Shown here in pieces: positions 29,414-38,889 of a stretch of DNA of 64,000 bases (the first letter of the stretch is position 1; each line of letters begins with the position of its first letter). The notes beneath the pieces were generated by a model that searched no databases, was not told where the DNA came from, and was given only the letters and a program-made list of their open reading frames with translations. Position numbers and translations under genes: made by a program. This stretch comes from Bacteroidota bacterium (GTDB lineage: Bacteria; Bacteroidota; Bacteroidia; Flavobacteriales; Flavobacteriaceae). The DNA lies in contig JAGXRT010000034.1 of the NCBI GenBank assembly GCA_018335575.1, positions 8,040 through 72,039 of the forward strand, given 5' to 3'.

Positions 29414-30628
29414 TTATTTAAGCATAATTTGTGCTCTTTTAATGGCTTTTATTAGTTCGTCTATTTCTTCTTTTGTATTGTAAAAAGCAAAGGAAGCCCT
29501 GATAGTCCCAGGAATTTGATAAAAGTCCATTATTGGCTGAGTGCAATGGTGACCGGTTCTGACTGCGATGCCCAGTTTGTCGATTATTGAACCTATATCG
29601 TAAGGATGAATATCTCCAATATTAAAGGCAATAACACTGGTTTTGTGGTTGGCTGTACCATAAAACTTAATACCATCAATTTCACTTAATTTTTGAGTGG
29701 CGTAGTGTAGTAATTCGTTTTCATAAGCTGCAATATTATCAAGGCCGATAGAATTAATATAATCGATGGCGGAAGCAAAAACAATTCCTCCTTCAATATT
29801 CGGAGTGCCTGCTTCAAATTTAAAAGGCAATTCGGCATAGGTTGTTTTATCAAAAGTAACAGTGGCAATCATTTCACCTCCTCCTTGATATGGAGGTAAC
29901 TTTTTTAACCATTCTTCTTTACCGTACAAAAAACCAACACCGGTTGGGCCATACATTTTATGAGCCGATGAACAATAAAAATCACAGTTAAGTTTTTGTA
30001 CATCGATTTTAAGATGCGCTGTTGCCTGAGCACCGTCAATTAAAACTGCAGCACCTTTAGCATGTGCTTTTTCAATTATTTCTTCAATTGGATTTATGGT
30101 TCCTAATGAATTAGAAATGTGATTAATGGCTACAACTTTGGTGTTGTTGGTCAATAATTTTTCATAGGCATCCATTAAAAGTTCCCCCTTTTCATTTATC
30201 GGAATCACTTTTAATACAGCTCCAGTTTTTTCACATGCCAATTGCCAAGGCACAATATTTGAATGATGTTCTAAATGCGAAATAATTATTTCATCGCCTT
30301 TTTTTAACAATTGAGAAAACCCATGAGCAACCAAGTTAATGCTTTCTGTAGTACCCCGAGTAAAAATGATTTCATGAGAATGTTTTGCATTTACAAAATG
30401 CTGAATTTTTTGTCGCGATAATTCATAGGCATCAGTGGCCTTTTGACTCAACGTATGAACGCCTCTGTGGATATTAGAGTTAATGGTATTGTAATAAGCT
30501 GCTATGGCATCAACAACAACCCTTGGCTTTTGAGAAGTTGCAGCATTATCAAAATATATTAATGGTTTTCCGTTTACTTGCTGATTAAGAATAGGAAAAT
30601 CGGCTCTAATTGCCTCGAGATCTAACAT
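29414..30628 (-). CDS. sufS: Cysteine desulfurase SufS
   Basis: YFDNAATSQKP, EHHSN, SAHKMYGPTG, RTGHHC (group II). Confidence 0.96.
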   Translation of the reverse strand: MLDLEAIRADFPILNQQVNGKPLIYFDNAATSQKPRVVVDAIAAYYNTINSNIHRGVHTLSQKATDAYELSRQKIQHFVNAKHSHEIIFTRGTTESINLVAHGFSQLLKKGDEIIISHLEHHSNIVPWQLACEKTGAVLKVIPINEKGELLMDAYEKLLTNNTKVVAINHISNSLGTINPIEEIIEKAHAKGAAVLIDGAQATAHLKIDVQKLNCDFYCSSAHKMYGPTGVGFLYGKEEWLKKLPPYQGGGEMIATVTFDKTTYAELPFKFEAGTPNIEGGIVFASAIDYINSIGLDNIAAYENELLHYATQKLSEIDGIKFYGTANHKTSVIAFNIGDIHPYDIGSIIDKLGIAVRTGHHCTQPIMDFYQIPGTIRASFAFYNTKEEIDELIKAIKRAQIMLK

Positions 30629-30639
30629 AAAATTGTAGT

Positions 30640-31959
30640 TTATAAATCCATTCCCAAATCTACGTGTAATTTTCGAGCTATTATGTTTGTAATACGTTCT
30701 TTTAAGGCCGGAATTTTTATTTTCTCAATGACTTCATTTCCAAACGCAAACAACATCAACGCTCTTGCTTCTTTTTCTGGAATTCCTCTGGAACGTAGGT
30801 AAAATAATGCTTTTTCGTCTAACTGACCAATGGTACATCCATGCGAACATTTTACATCATCTGCAAATATTTCTAATTGCGGTTTAGTGTTAATAGTAGC
30901 GGTGTCATCAATTAGCATATTATTATTTTGCTGGAATGCATTGGTTTTTTGAGCTTCTTTGTTTACGATAATTTTACCGTTAAATACTCCTGTTGAAGCA
31001 TCAGAAAACAAACCTTTGTAATTTTCATGACTCTCACAATTTGGTTTTTTGTGATGTACCAAGGTGTGATGGTCTACAAATTGTTCTGTTCCAATTAGGG
31101 TAAATCCATTTAAATTGGAGGTAATGCGTTCATCTTCCTGGTAAAACTCAAGGTTATTGCGGGTAAATTTTCCGCCAAATGAAAAGGTATTAACCGAAAC
31201 AACGCTTTCTTTTTGTTGAGAGATAAACGTATTATCAATTAAAGAAGCAGAATCTAAATCGTTTTGGATTTTATAATAATCGGCAATGCCTCTTTTATGC
31301 GCAAAAATTTCGGTTACCGTATTGGTTAATACCGTATTTTGTTTTACACTTTGATGGCGCTCAATTATCTGAACATGTGAGTTTTCTCCAACAATAATCA
31401 AATTTCGTGGCTGCAGCATTAGTTCGGCATCATCACCTGTATTAAAATAGATAATTTCAATAGGTTTTGATACGATACAATTTTTTGGAATATTGATAAA
31501 GGCTCCTTCTTTTGCAAATGAGGTATTTAAATTGGCAAAATGCAAACTTTTATTGATGATTTTATTAAAATAAAAATCAACAATCATCTTGTACTTTGGT
31601 TTAGAAAAGGCCGATGACATAACGCAGATATCCATTCCTTCATGAGTGGCATTTGATAGCAACGAATTATAAACACCGTTTACAAAAACCAACTTATAGG
31701 TATCAATTTCGTGAATAAAATATTTTTTCACCTCATTGATATCGATGGTTGAATCTGCGTTACTGGGTAAGATTTTATAATCGGGCTTTAAAACATCACG
31801 TAATGAAGTGTATCTCCAATCTTCTTCTTTTTTAGACGGAAAACCATGCTGTTCAAATGCATTAAACGCTTCCGACCGTATTTGATGAAAATTCGCATCG
31901 GTTTTTGAGCTGTTTTCAAAAGCTAAAAAAGAGGATAGTATTTTTTCTTTTAATTCCAT
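30640..31959 (-). CDS. sufD: Fe-S assembly protein SufD
   Basis: EDWRYT, VFNGKI, KPQLEIFADDVKCSHG, FYLRSRG. Confidence 0.96.
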   Translation of the reverse strand: MELKEKILSSFLAFENSSKTDANFHQIRSEAFNAFEQHGFPSKKEEDWRYTSLRDVLKPDYKILPSNADSTIDINEVKKYFIHEIDTYKLVFVNGVYNSLLSNATHEGMDICVMSSAFSKPKYKMIVDFYFNKIINKSLHFANLNTSFAKEGAFINIPKNCIVSKPIEIIYFNTGDDAELMLQPRNLIIVGENSHVQIIERHQSVKQNTVLTNTVTEIFAHKRGIADYYKIQNDLDSASLIDNTFISQQKESVVSVNTFSFGGKFTRNNLEFYQEDERITSNLNGFTLIGTEQFVDHHTLVHHKKPNCESHENYKGLFSDASTGVFNGKIIVNKEAQKTNAFQQNNNMLIDDTATINTKPQLEIFADDVKCSHGCTIGQLDEKALFYLRSRGIPEKEARALMLFAFGNEVIEKIKIPALKERITNIIARKLHVDLGMDL

Positions 31960-31963
31960 GTGT

Positions 31964-32701
31964 TTATTTTAACCAGTCGTATCCTTTTTCTTCTAATTCG
32001 TATGCCAATTCTTTCCCGCCAGATTTAACAATTTTGCCGTTGTATAAAACGTGAACATAATCGGGTACGATATAATCTAACAAACGTTGGTAATGCGTAA
32101 TTAATAATACTGCATTGTTTTCATTTTTCAATTTGTTTACACCGTTTGCAACAATTTTTAAGGCATCGATATCTAAACCAGAATCGGTTTCGTCTAAAAT
32201 GGCCAATTTAGGTTCGAGCATGGCCATTTGAAATATTTCATTTCTTTTTTTCTCACCGCCCGAAAAGCCTTCGTTTAATGAGCGCGATAAGAAATTACGA
32301 TCAATTTCTAGCAACTCCGCTTTATCGCGAATAAGTTTTAGCATGTCTTTAGCGGGCATTTCCTCTAAACCTTGAGCTTTTCTGGTTTCGTTTAAAGAGG
32401 TTTTTATGAAGTTTGTTACGGTTACCCCTGGAATTTCTACCGGATATTGAAACGATAAAAATACGCCTTTATGAGCTCGTTCTTCAGGAGCCAGCTCAAG
32501 GATGCTTTCGTTTTCAAAGATAACATCACCCTCGGTTACTTCGTAGGTTTCATTTCCTGCAATAACAGAAGATAGTGTGCTTTTTCCCGAACCGTTTGGC
32601 CCCATAATGGCGTGTACTTCTCCTTTTTTTATTTCCAAATTAATCCCTTTAAGGATATCTTTTGAGTCTATTCCTGCGTGTAAATTGTTTATTTTTAACA
32701 T
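31964..32701 (-). CDS. sufC: Fe-S assembly ATPase SufC
   Basis: GPNGSGKST, FQYPVEIPG, FSGGEKKR, LDETDSGLD, ITHY. Confidence 0.97.
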   Translation of the reverse strand: MLKINNLHAGIDSKDILKGINLEIKKGEVHAIMGPNGSGKSTLSSVIAGNETYEVTEGDVIFENESILELAPEERAHKGVFLSFQYPVEIPGVTVTNFIKTSLNETRKAQGLEEMPAKDMLKLIRDKAELLEIDRNFLSRSLNEGFSGGEKKRNEIFQMAMLEPKLAILDETDSGLDIDALKIVANGVNKLKNENNAVLLITHYQRLLDYIVPDYVHVLYNGKIVKSGGKELAYELEEKGYDWLK

Positions 32702-32711
32702 TGTTCTTGGT

Positions 32712-33200
32712 TTATATAAATGCTAATGTTGCTTTTGTTGTTTCAAGTTGATTATCGGCATTAAAGTGATGCTGACCGATATAATTCATTCCTAAATAGG
32801 CAGCCGATTTTATAAATGGCAAGTAAAATTCGTCGTCTATTTGGCTGTCGTGTGAGTTTGATAAAACAGCCATTTTTTTACCTCTAAATTTTCTTCCTGT
32901 TTCTTTTTCAATACGTATTAAATCAGAAAAACGATCGAAGAAAACTTTCATGATACCGCTCATGCTATACCAGTAAACCGGCGTAGCAAAAATTAACGTA
33001 TCGTATTTGTCGATAATTTTTTGGATTAACGGTAAAAAGTCATCGTCAAGATTGTTGCTTTCATAATCGTAATAGGTAAATGTATAATCGCTCAAGTTAA
33101 TTAAATCAAAGTTGTATTTTGATGCAATTTCATTTGCGATTCTGTTGGTGTTACCTAATACTCTTGATGAGCCTACTATAATTACTGTTTTGTTTTCCAT
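32712..33200 (-). CDS. Flavodoxin-like NAD(P)H-dependent FMN reductase family protein (start ATG 33200)
   Basis: GSSR..GNT phosphate loop, ATPVYWYSMSG.MK.FFDR; ATG sits 1 nt after the sufB stop. Confidence 0.85.
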   Translation of the reverse strand: MENKTVIIVGSSRVLGNTNRIANEIASKYNFDLINLSDYTFTYYDYESNNLDDDFLPLIQKIIDKYDTLIFATPVYWYSMSGIMKVFFDRFSDLIRIEKETGRKFRGKKMAVLSNSHDSQIDDEFYLPFIKSAAYLGMNYIGQHHFNADNQLETTKATLAFI

Positions 33201-33201
33201 T

Positions 33202-34650
33202 TTATCCAACACTTCCCTCTAACGATATTTCTAATAATTTTTGAGCTTCCACAGCAAACTCCATCGGTAATTTATTAAGTACTTCTTTACTAAATCCGTT
33301 TACAATTAACGCAATTGCTTTTTCAGTATCAATTCCTCGCTGATTGCAATAAAAAAGTTGGTCTTCACCAATTTTTGAAGTAGTTGCTTCGTGTTCTATT
33401 TTGGCGGTATTATTCTTTGCTTCGATATACGGAAATGTATGAGCGCCACAATTATTTCCCATTAATAAAGAGTCGCATTGTGAAAAATTTCGGGCTCCGG
33501 TTGCTTTAGAACCAACTCTTACAAGACCTCTATAGCTATTTTGTGATTTTCCGGCAGAAATACCTTTAGAGATAATAGTACTTTTGGTGTTTTTACCAAT
33601 GTGAATCATTTTGGTACCAGTATCGGCTTGCTGAAAATGATTGGTCACCGCAATTGAGTAAAACTCTCCAACCGAATTATCGCCTTTTAACACGCAACTT
33701 GGATATTTCCAAGTAACGGCACTTCCGGTTTCTACTTGTGTCCAAGAAATTTTTGCATTGGTTTCGCAAATCCCTCTTTTGGTTACAAAATTAAATACGC
33801 CACCTTTTCCTTCTTTATCACCAGGGAACCAGTTCTGAACAGTTGAGTATTTAATCTCAGCATCATCAAGTGCAATTAGTTCGACAACAGCAGCATGTAA
33901 TTGATTTTCATCGCGTTGTGGAGCCGTACATCCTTCTAAATAACTAACATAACTGCCTTGGTCGGCAATTACAAGGGTTCGTTCAAACTGACCTGTTCCT
34001 CCTTCATTAATTCTAAAATAAGTTGATAATTCCATGGGGCATTTAACCCCTTTTGGTATGTAACAGAACGAACCATCAGAAAATACAGCAGAATTTAATG
34101 CGGCGTAAAAATTGTCGGTTTTAGGAACTACAGACCCCAAGTATTTTTTAACAAGTTCTGGATGTTCTTGAATTGCTTCTGAAATAGGACAAAAAATGAT
34201 TCCTTTTTCGGCTAAAGTTTTCTTAAAGGTAGTAGCAACAGAAACGGAATCCATTACGATATCAACAGCCACATTGGCTAATCGTTTTTGCTCATCTAAT
34301 GAAATTCCAAGTTTTTTGAACGTTTCCAGTAATTCAGGATCCACTTCATCTAAACTGTTGAGTTTTGGTTTCTGTTTTGGAGCCGAATAGTAACTAATCT
34401 CGTTAAATTTTGGTTTTTCGTAGGTAACATTAGCCCATTCTGGTTCTTCCATTTGCTGCCAAATTCGATAAGCATCGATACGCCAATTGGTCATCCATTC
34501 GGGTTCATTTTTCTTCTTAGAAATGGCTCTGACGATATCTTCATTTAATCCTGCAGGAAATTTATCCGCTTCAATATCGGTATAAAAACCATAGGCATAC
34601 TCTTTGGTTTCGAGTTCTTTCTTTAAATCGTCTTCGGTATATTTGTTCAT
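33202..34650 (-). CDS. sufB: Fe-S scaffold SufB
   Basis: [41 protein letters not shown]. Confidence 0.97.
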   Translation of the reverse strand: MNKYTEDDLKKELETKEYAYGFYTDIEADKFPAGLNEDIVRAISKKKNEPEWMTNWRIDAYRIWQQMEEPEWANVTYEKPKFNEISYYSAPKQKPKLNSLDEVDPELLETFKKLGISLDEQKRLANVAVDIVMDSVSVATTFKKTLAEKGIIFCPISEAIQEHPELVKKYLGSVVPKTDNFYAALNSAVFSDGSFCYIPKGVKCPMELSTYFRINEGGTGQFERTLVIADQGSYVSYLEGCTAPQRDENQLHAAVVELIALDDAEIKYSTVQNWFPGDKEGKGGVFNFVTKRGICETNAKISWTQVETGSAVTWKYPSCVLKGDNSVGEFYSIAVTNHFQQADTGTKMIHIGKNTKSTIISKGISAGKSQNSYRGLVRVGSKATGARNFSQCDSLLMGNNCGAHTFPYIEAKNNTAKIEHEATTSKIGEDQLFYCNQRGIDTEKAIALIVNGFSKEVLNKLPMEFAVEAQKLLEISLEGSVG

Positions 34651-34677
34651 GTTGTTGTAAATGTTATAAACTTAGTT

Positions 34678-35007
34678 TTAAAGCGAAAAACTTTCGCCAC
34701 AACCACAAGTTCTGTTTGCGTTTGGATTGTTAAAATACAAGCCCTTACCATTTAATCCGCCTGAAAAATCAAGCGTAGTCCCTACAATGTATAAAAAGCT
34801 TTTTTTGTCAACTACGATTTTTATACCGTTGTCTTCAATCAATTTATCTCCTTCTTGCTGTTGCTCATCAAAAGATAAATTGTACATTAAACCAGAGCAG
34901 CCGCCACTTTGTACTCCTACTCTTACAAATGATGTAGCCGGACTTTTTCCGTCTTCTCTCATCATCTCAACAATTTTCTTTTGTGCTATTTCAGATACTT
35001 TTATCAT
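34678..35007 (-). CDS. sufA: A-type Fe-S carrier (SufA/IscA, HesB family)
   Basis: GGCSG and CGCGESF motifs; heads the suf operon. Confidence 0.92.
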   Translation of the reverse strand: MIKVSEIAQKKIVEMMREDGKSPATSFVRVGVQSGGCSGLMYNLSFDEQQQEGDKLIEDNGIKIVVDKKSFLYIVGTTLDFSGGLNGKGLYFNNPNANRTCGCGESFSL

Positions 35008-35011
35008 ATTA

Positions 35012-35030
35012 ATATAGATTCATTCTAAAT
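35012..35030. promoter_or_regulatory. Fur-box-like palindrome ATATAGATTCATTCTAAAT in the suf leader
   Basis: 2 mismatches to ATTTAGAATnATTCTAAAT; lies between the -7 box and the sufA ATG. Confidence 0.65.
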
Positions 35031-35035
35031 AAGGG

Positions 35036-35043
35036 CAAAGGTA
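35036..35043 (-). promoter_or_regulatory. -7 element TACCTTTG of the suf operon
   Basis: Plus-strand CAAAGGTA. Confidence 0.7.
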
Positions 35044-35117
35044 CTAACTTTTTACCTTAATTTCAATCTCATATATATATAAAATTGATTCTTGAATTGT
35101 AATAATCAATAAAGCAT

Positions 35118-35125
35118 TATTTTTG
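35118..35125 (+). promoter_or_regulatory. -7 element TATTTTTG of thiL (4 nt before ATG)
   Basis: TATTTTTG-CACT-ATG. Confidence 0.65.
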
Positions 35126-35129
35126 CACT

Positions 35130-36176
35130 ATGATAGAAGATAAAAGCTCAAAAAGCACTAGTATTTCCGAATTGGGAGAATTTGGATTGATTGACCACAT
35201 AACTAAAAACTTTAAAATAATACATGCATCTACCCTTAAAGGTGTTGGTGATGATGCTGCCATTTTAGATTTTAAAAATCAGCAAGTCGTTGTAACTACC
35301 GATTTATTAGTCGAAAATGTTCACTTCGATTTAAGTTATATGCCCTTAAAACATTTGGGTTACAAAGCGGCTGTTGTTAATATTTCGGATGTTTGCGCCA
35401 TGAATGCAACTGCAACACAACTAACCGTATCAATAGCAATTTCTAACAGATTTCCGCTTGAAGCCATTGAAGAATTTTACGAAGGACTTAAAGCAGCTTG
35501 TGAAACGTACCAGGTTGATTTAGTTGGAGGCGATACTACCAGCTCTGCCAAAGGAATGCTGATAAGCATTACAGCTATTGGAGTGTTAAATCATGACGAG
35601 GCTGTATTGAGAAGCGGAGCCAAACCAAATGATTTACTGGTAGTTACTGGCGATTTAGGGGCTTCGTATCTTGGGTTGCAAGTGTTAGAACGCGAAAAAC
35701 AAGTTTTTTTAGTGAATCCAAATTCACAACCCGATTTAACGCGTTACGATTATTTGGTAGAGCGCCATTTAAAACCTGAGGCCAGAAAAGATATCATAAA
35801 ACTATTTAAAAATTTAGAACTTAAACCTACAGCCATGATCGATATTTCTGACGGTTTATCATCGGAAATTTTACATATTTGTAAACAATCGAATGTGGGA
35901 TGTAAATTGTATGAAGAAAAAATTCCGCTTGATCAACAGGTAATTACAACTTGTGAAGAATTTAACATCAACAGTACAACAGTTGCTTTAAGTGGTGGCG
36001 AAGATTATGAATTATTATTTACAATTGCTCAAGCAGACTTTGATAAAATTAAAGGAAATCCGAGCATGACCGTTATTGGTTACATGACAGAACCCAATGA
36101 AGGGGTTCATTTAGTTACACGCGCTAATCAACAAATAGAACTTACTGCACAAGGTTGGAATTCGTTTAAACATTAG
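35130..36176 (+). CDS. thiL: Thiamine-monophosphate kinase
   Basis: GEFGLI, GDDAA, TTDLLVE.VHF, N.SD..AM, GGDT, IDISDGL, GGEDYEL. Confidence 0.95.
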   Translation: MIEDKSSKSTSISELGEFGLIDHITKNFKIIHASTLKGVGDDAAILDFKNQQVVVTTDLLVENVHFDLSYMPLKHLGYKAAVVNISDVCAMNATATQLTVSIAISNRFPLEAIEEFYEGLKAACETYQVDLVGGDTTSSAKGMLISITAIGVLNHDEAVLRSGAKPNDLLVVTGDLGASYLGLQVLEREKQVFLVNPNSQPDLTRYDYLVERHLKPEARKDIIKLFKNLELKPTAMIDISDGLSSEILHICKQSNVGCKLYEEKIPLDQQVITTCEEFNINSTTVALSGGEDYELLFTIAQADFDKIKGNPSMTVIGYMTEPNEGVHLVTRANQQIELTAQGWNSFKH

Positions 36177-36956
36177 TTAAAGCTCTAAAGCTTCTATTAT
36201 ATCTTCATGCTTAAACTTGTAGTTTAAGCTTTTTTTTATTTTATCATTACTGATTATTTTAAAGGAAATCGGTTCATTTTCAATAAAATTTGGAGCAGGT
36301 TTTCCTACTATTTCAGTCGCTTTTGTGTAAAACATTCGTTTGGTTGGATGTAAATCGGCACAAGCATTATAAGTTTGATTCCAGCTGTTTTTGTCAATTA
36401 TCTGATATATTATTTCAATACAATCATCTAAATGAATCATGTTTACATGAGCATCGGGTTGTGAAACTTTGTATCCGGCACTAAAAAAATTACCTGGTTT
36501 TCTTCGGCCACCAAATAATCCGCCAAATCGTAAAATAGTAGTGTCAACTTTTTGAATTGCAGTAAACAAGTCTTCAATTTCAAGCAAGGGACTATCAGAA
36601 TAACTATCTAAAGTATGTTCAAAAATTAATGAATTATTGTCTTTATAAACTGACGTTGAGCTGACAAACAACACCTTTTTAATGTTAGATCCTTCTATAA
36701 TATTTGTCAATGATTTAAATCCGATATAATCTTTTGAAGGTATGTTTACTATTAAAATATCAGTATCAAAAAATGAAAAATCGGCCTCAGATAAATTGTC
36801 TAAACGCATTAAATAAGGAGTAATACCCTTTTCTTTCAGCGAAGCAATTTTATCAACAGTAGTAGTTGAGCCCTTAATAGTAAAGCCTTTGCTAAGCAGG
36901 TATTCGGCCAGCGGTTCGCCCAGCCATCCACATCCAAAAATGCTTATAGTTTGCAT
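36177..36956 (-). CDS. Atypical SDR / NAD-dependent epimerase (YeeZ-like)
   Basis: GCGWLG, SSTSVY, LRFGGL.G, N.IH..D. Confidence 0.85.
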   Translation of the reverse strand: MQTISIFGCGWLGEPLAEYLLSKGFTIKGSTTTVDKIASLKEKGITPYLMRLDNLSEADFSFFDTDILIVNIPSKDYIGFKSLTNIIEGSNIKKVLFVSSTSVYKDNNSLIFEHTLDSYSDSPLLEIEDLFTAIQKVDTTILRFGGLFGGRRKPGNFFSAGYKVSQPDAHVNMIHLDDCIEIIYQIIDKNSWNQTYNACADLHPTKRMFYTKATEIVGKPAPNFIENEPISFKIISNDKIKKSLNYKFKHEDIIEALEL

Positions 36957-36958
36957 AG

Positions 36959-38020
36959 TTAAAACCAGTTTTTACGTTTAAAAAATCGGAGCATTAGTAA
37001 AACAATTAAAACCATAATGCCCCAGGTAGTAAAATATCCATAGCGCCATTTTAGCTCGGGCATGTATTCAAAATTCATTCCGTAGATACCCACAATAAAT
37101 GTAAGCGGAATAAATATGGTGGCAATTACCGTTAATATTTGCATCACCTGATTCATTTTATTGTTGATACCCGATTGGTATAAATCCATTAAATTTTTAG
37201 TCATTTCGCGGTAGATATCAATACTCTCAGCTACTTGTAATAGGTTTTGATTAACATCATTAAAATAATGTAAGGTGTTTTTGTGTATTAATTTTATTTC
37301 ATCTTTTTGAATGGTTCCAACAGCTTCGCGTAATGGGCTGATTGATTTTCTTAACTGAATTAACTCGGTTTTTAAATCCTGAATTTCATGCAAAATTTCA
37401 GGTGTTTGGGTTTTTAACACAATGTCTTCAAGTTGCTCGATGCGTTCACTTAAATGTTCAACAATAAAAAAGTAATGGTCAACAACCGTATCTAATAGTC
37501 GGTAAAAAAGGTAATCAGTTTTTCGTTTTCTTATATTTCCTTTGGATTCTTTGATGCGCATACGGATAGAATCAAAGATGTCGCCGGGCTGTTCCTGAAA
37601 AGATATCACATAGTTTTTACCCAAAATAAAACTTACCTGTTCTTCTACAATTGATTTTTGATTTTCACTAATTCCAAGCATTTTTAGGGTTATGAACAAA
37701 TAATCGTCAAACTCTTCTAGTTTCGGTCGACTTAAGGTATTTACAATATCTTCCAATAATAACGGATGATGTCCAAAATTGGATCCGACGATATCAATGA
37801 TGTTGGTATTGTGTATCCCATCAATATTAATCCAGCTAACAGAATCTTTTTCTTTATAAGCAAAAACATCTTCAATAGCTTCGCACTCGAATTCATGAAA
37901 CGATGTTTCTGTATAATCAATTACAGAAATTTTAACCTTATTAGCTCGTTTTTTTCCAATGTGAACCAAAGTTCCTGGTGGTAAACCCGATTTTTTGGAT
38001 ACCTGTGATTTTTCCTTCAT
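36959..38020 (-). CDS. corA: Magnesium/cobalt transporter CorA
   Basis: HPLLLEDI, two C-terminal TM helices with GIYGMNF and MPEL. Confidence 0.96.
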   Translation of the reverse strand: MKEKSQVSKKSGLPPGTLVHIGKKRANKVKISVIDYTETSFHEFECEAIEDVFAYKEKDSVSWINIDGIHNTNIIDIVGSNFGHHPLLLEDIVNTLSRPKLEEFDDYLFITLKMLGISENQKSIVEEQVSFILGKNYVISFQEQPGDIFDSIRMRIKESKGNIRKRKTDYLFYRLLDTVVDHYFFIVEHLSERIEQLEDIVLKTQTPEILHEIQDLKTELIQLRKSISPLREAVGTIQKDEIKLIHKNTLHYFNDVNQNLLQVAESIDIYREMTKNLMDLYQSGINNKMNQVMQILTVIATIFIPLTFIVGIYGMNFEYMPELKWRYGYFTTWGIMVLIVLLMLRFFKRKNWF

Positions 38021-38031
38021 AGAGCCTGATT

Positions 38032-38820
38032 TTATTTATAACATTTTTTTACAAATTGAGTTAAAGCATCCAATAACTCGGATTTGTTTTCAATATAACT
38101 CATATGCCCATCTTCAAATTCAACAATTTCTGTTTGTTTATTTTGTATGCTTTTCAAGGTAGCCTTATAATCAATAGCGCCATCGTTTTTACCTATAATG
38201 AGTTGTGTAGGTGCTTTAAGAGTGTTAAAAACAGCCGCTTTATCTTTTCGCAATTTCATTCCTTCCAACGAGGCAATAATTCCTTGCTGATTCATATTAA
38301 GTGCTTCGTTAATTACTTGATTGATTTCATTTTTAAACGATGTAAGATTGTAGGAAGCAAATAAATTTGGAATTGACATTCTGATAAAAGTCTTATGATT
38401 TTGTTTTACCGCTTCAATGGCCCGATCTCTGTTTATTTTTTTCTCTGGATTGTCAGCAAGGGGAGTAGAATTCATTAAACATAATCCTTTAATAGCAGTT
38501 GGGAAAAGTTGTGCTAATGATAAACCAACATAACCGCCCATGCTATGACCAATTACAATATAACGTCTAAGCTGCAATGAGTCTAGCAACGCTTTAACCA
38601 TTAAAGCTTGATCTTCCATGGTATGGATGTACCCAATATTTTCAGAATTACCGTGTCCTAACAGGTCAATTGCAATTACCCTGAAACGTGTTTGAAGTTG
38701 TTCTCTGATGTCTTTCCACATTTCAGCATTTTCTAAAAATCCGTGTAATAAAACCACAACCCGTCCTTTACCTTTAGAGGTATAATGAATGCTCGCTCCT
38801 TTATATTTAAATAGTCCCAT
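38032..38820 (-). CDS. Alpha/beta fold hydrolase
   Basis: LLHGF, DLLGHG, GHSMGG, G..D, GHMS. Confidence 0.88.
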   Translation of the reverse strand: MGLFKYKGASIHYTSKGKGRVVVLLHGFLENAEMWKDIREQLQTRFRVIAIDLLGHGNSENIGYIHTMEDQALMVKALLDSLQLRRYIVIGHSMGGYVGLSLAQLFPTAIKGLCLMNSTPLADNPEKKINRDRAIEAVKQNHKTFIRMSIPNLFASYNLTSFKNEINQVINEALNMNQQGIIASLEGMKLRKDKAAVFNTLKAPTQLIIGKNDGAIDYKATLKSIQNKQTEIVEFEDGHMSYIENKSELLDALTQFVKKCYK

Positions 38821-38832
38821 ATTTATAAAGAT

Positions 38833-38870
38833 AAAAAATCCTGACCAATTTTGATAATCAGTCAGGATTT
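38833..38870 (-). terminator. Terminator downstream of pepP
   Basis: AAATCCTGAC...GTCAGGATTT stem with an A-tract on the left (U-tract on the minus strand). Confidence 0.7.
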
Positions 38871-38889
38871 ATAAGGTGTTAAAATTATT

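Noticed and set aside
35044..35129. TPP riboswitch or FNR box upstream of thiL
   Set aside because: No CTGAGA-type TPP core is present and the leader is too short; the TTGAT and ATCAA half-sites are much further apart than 4 nt.
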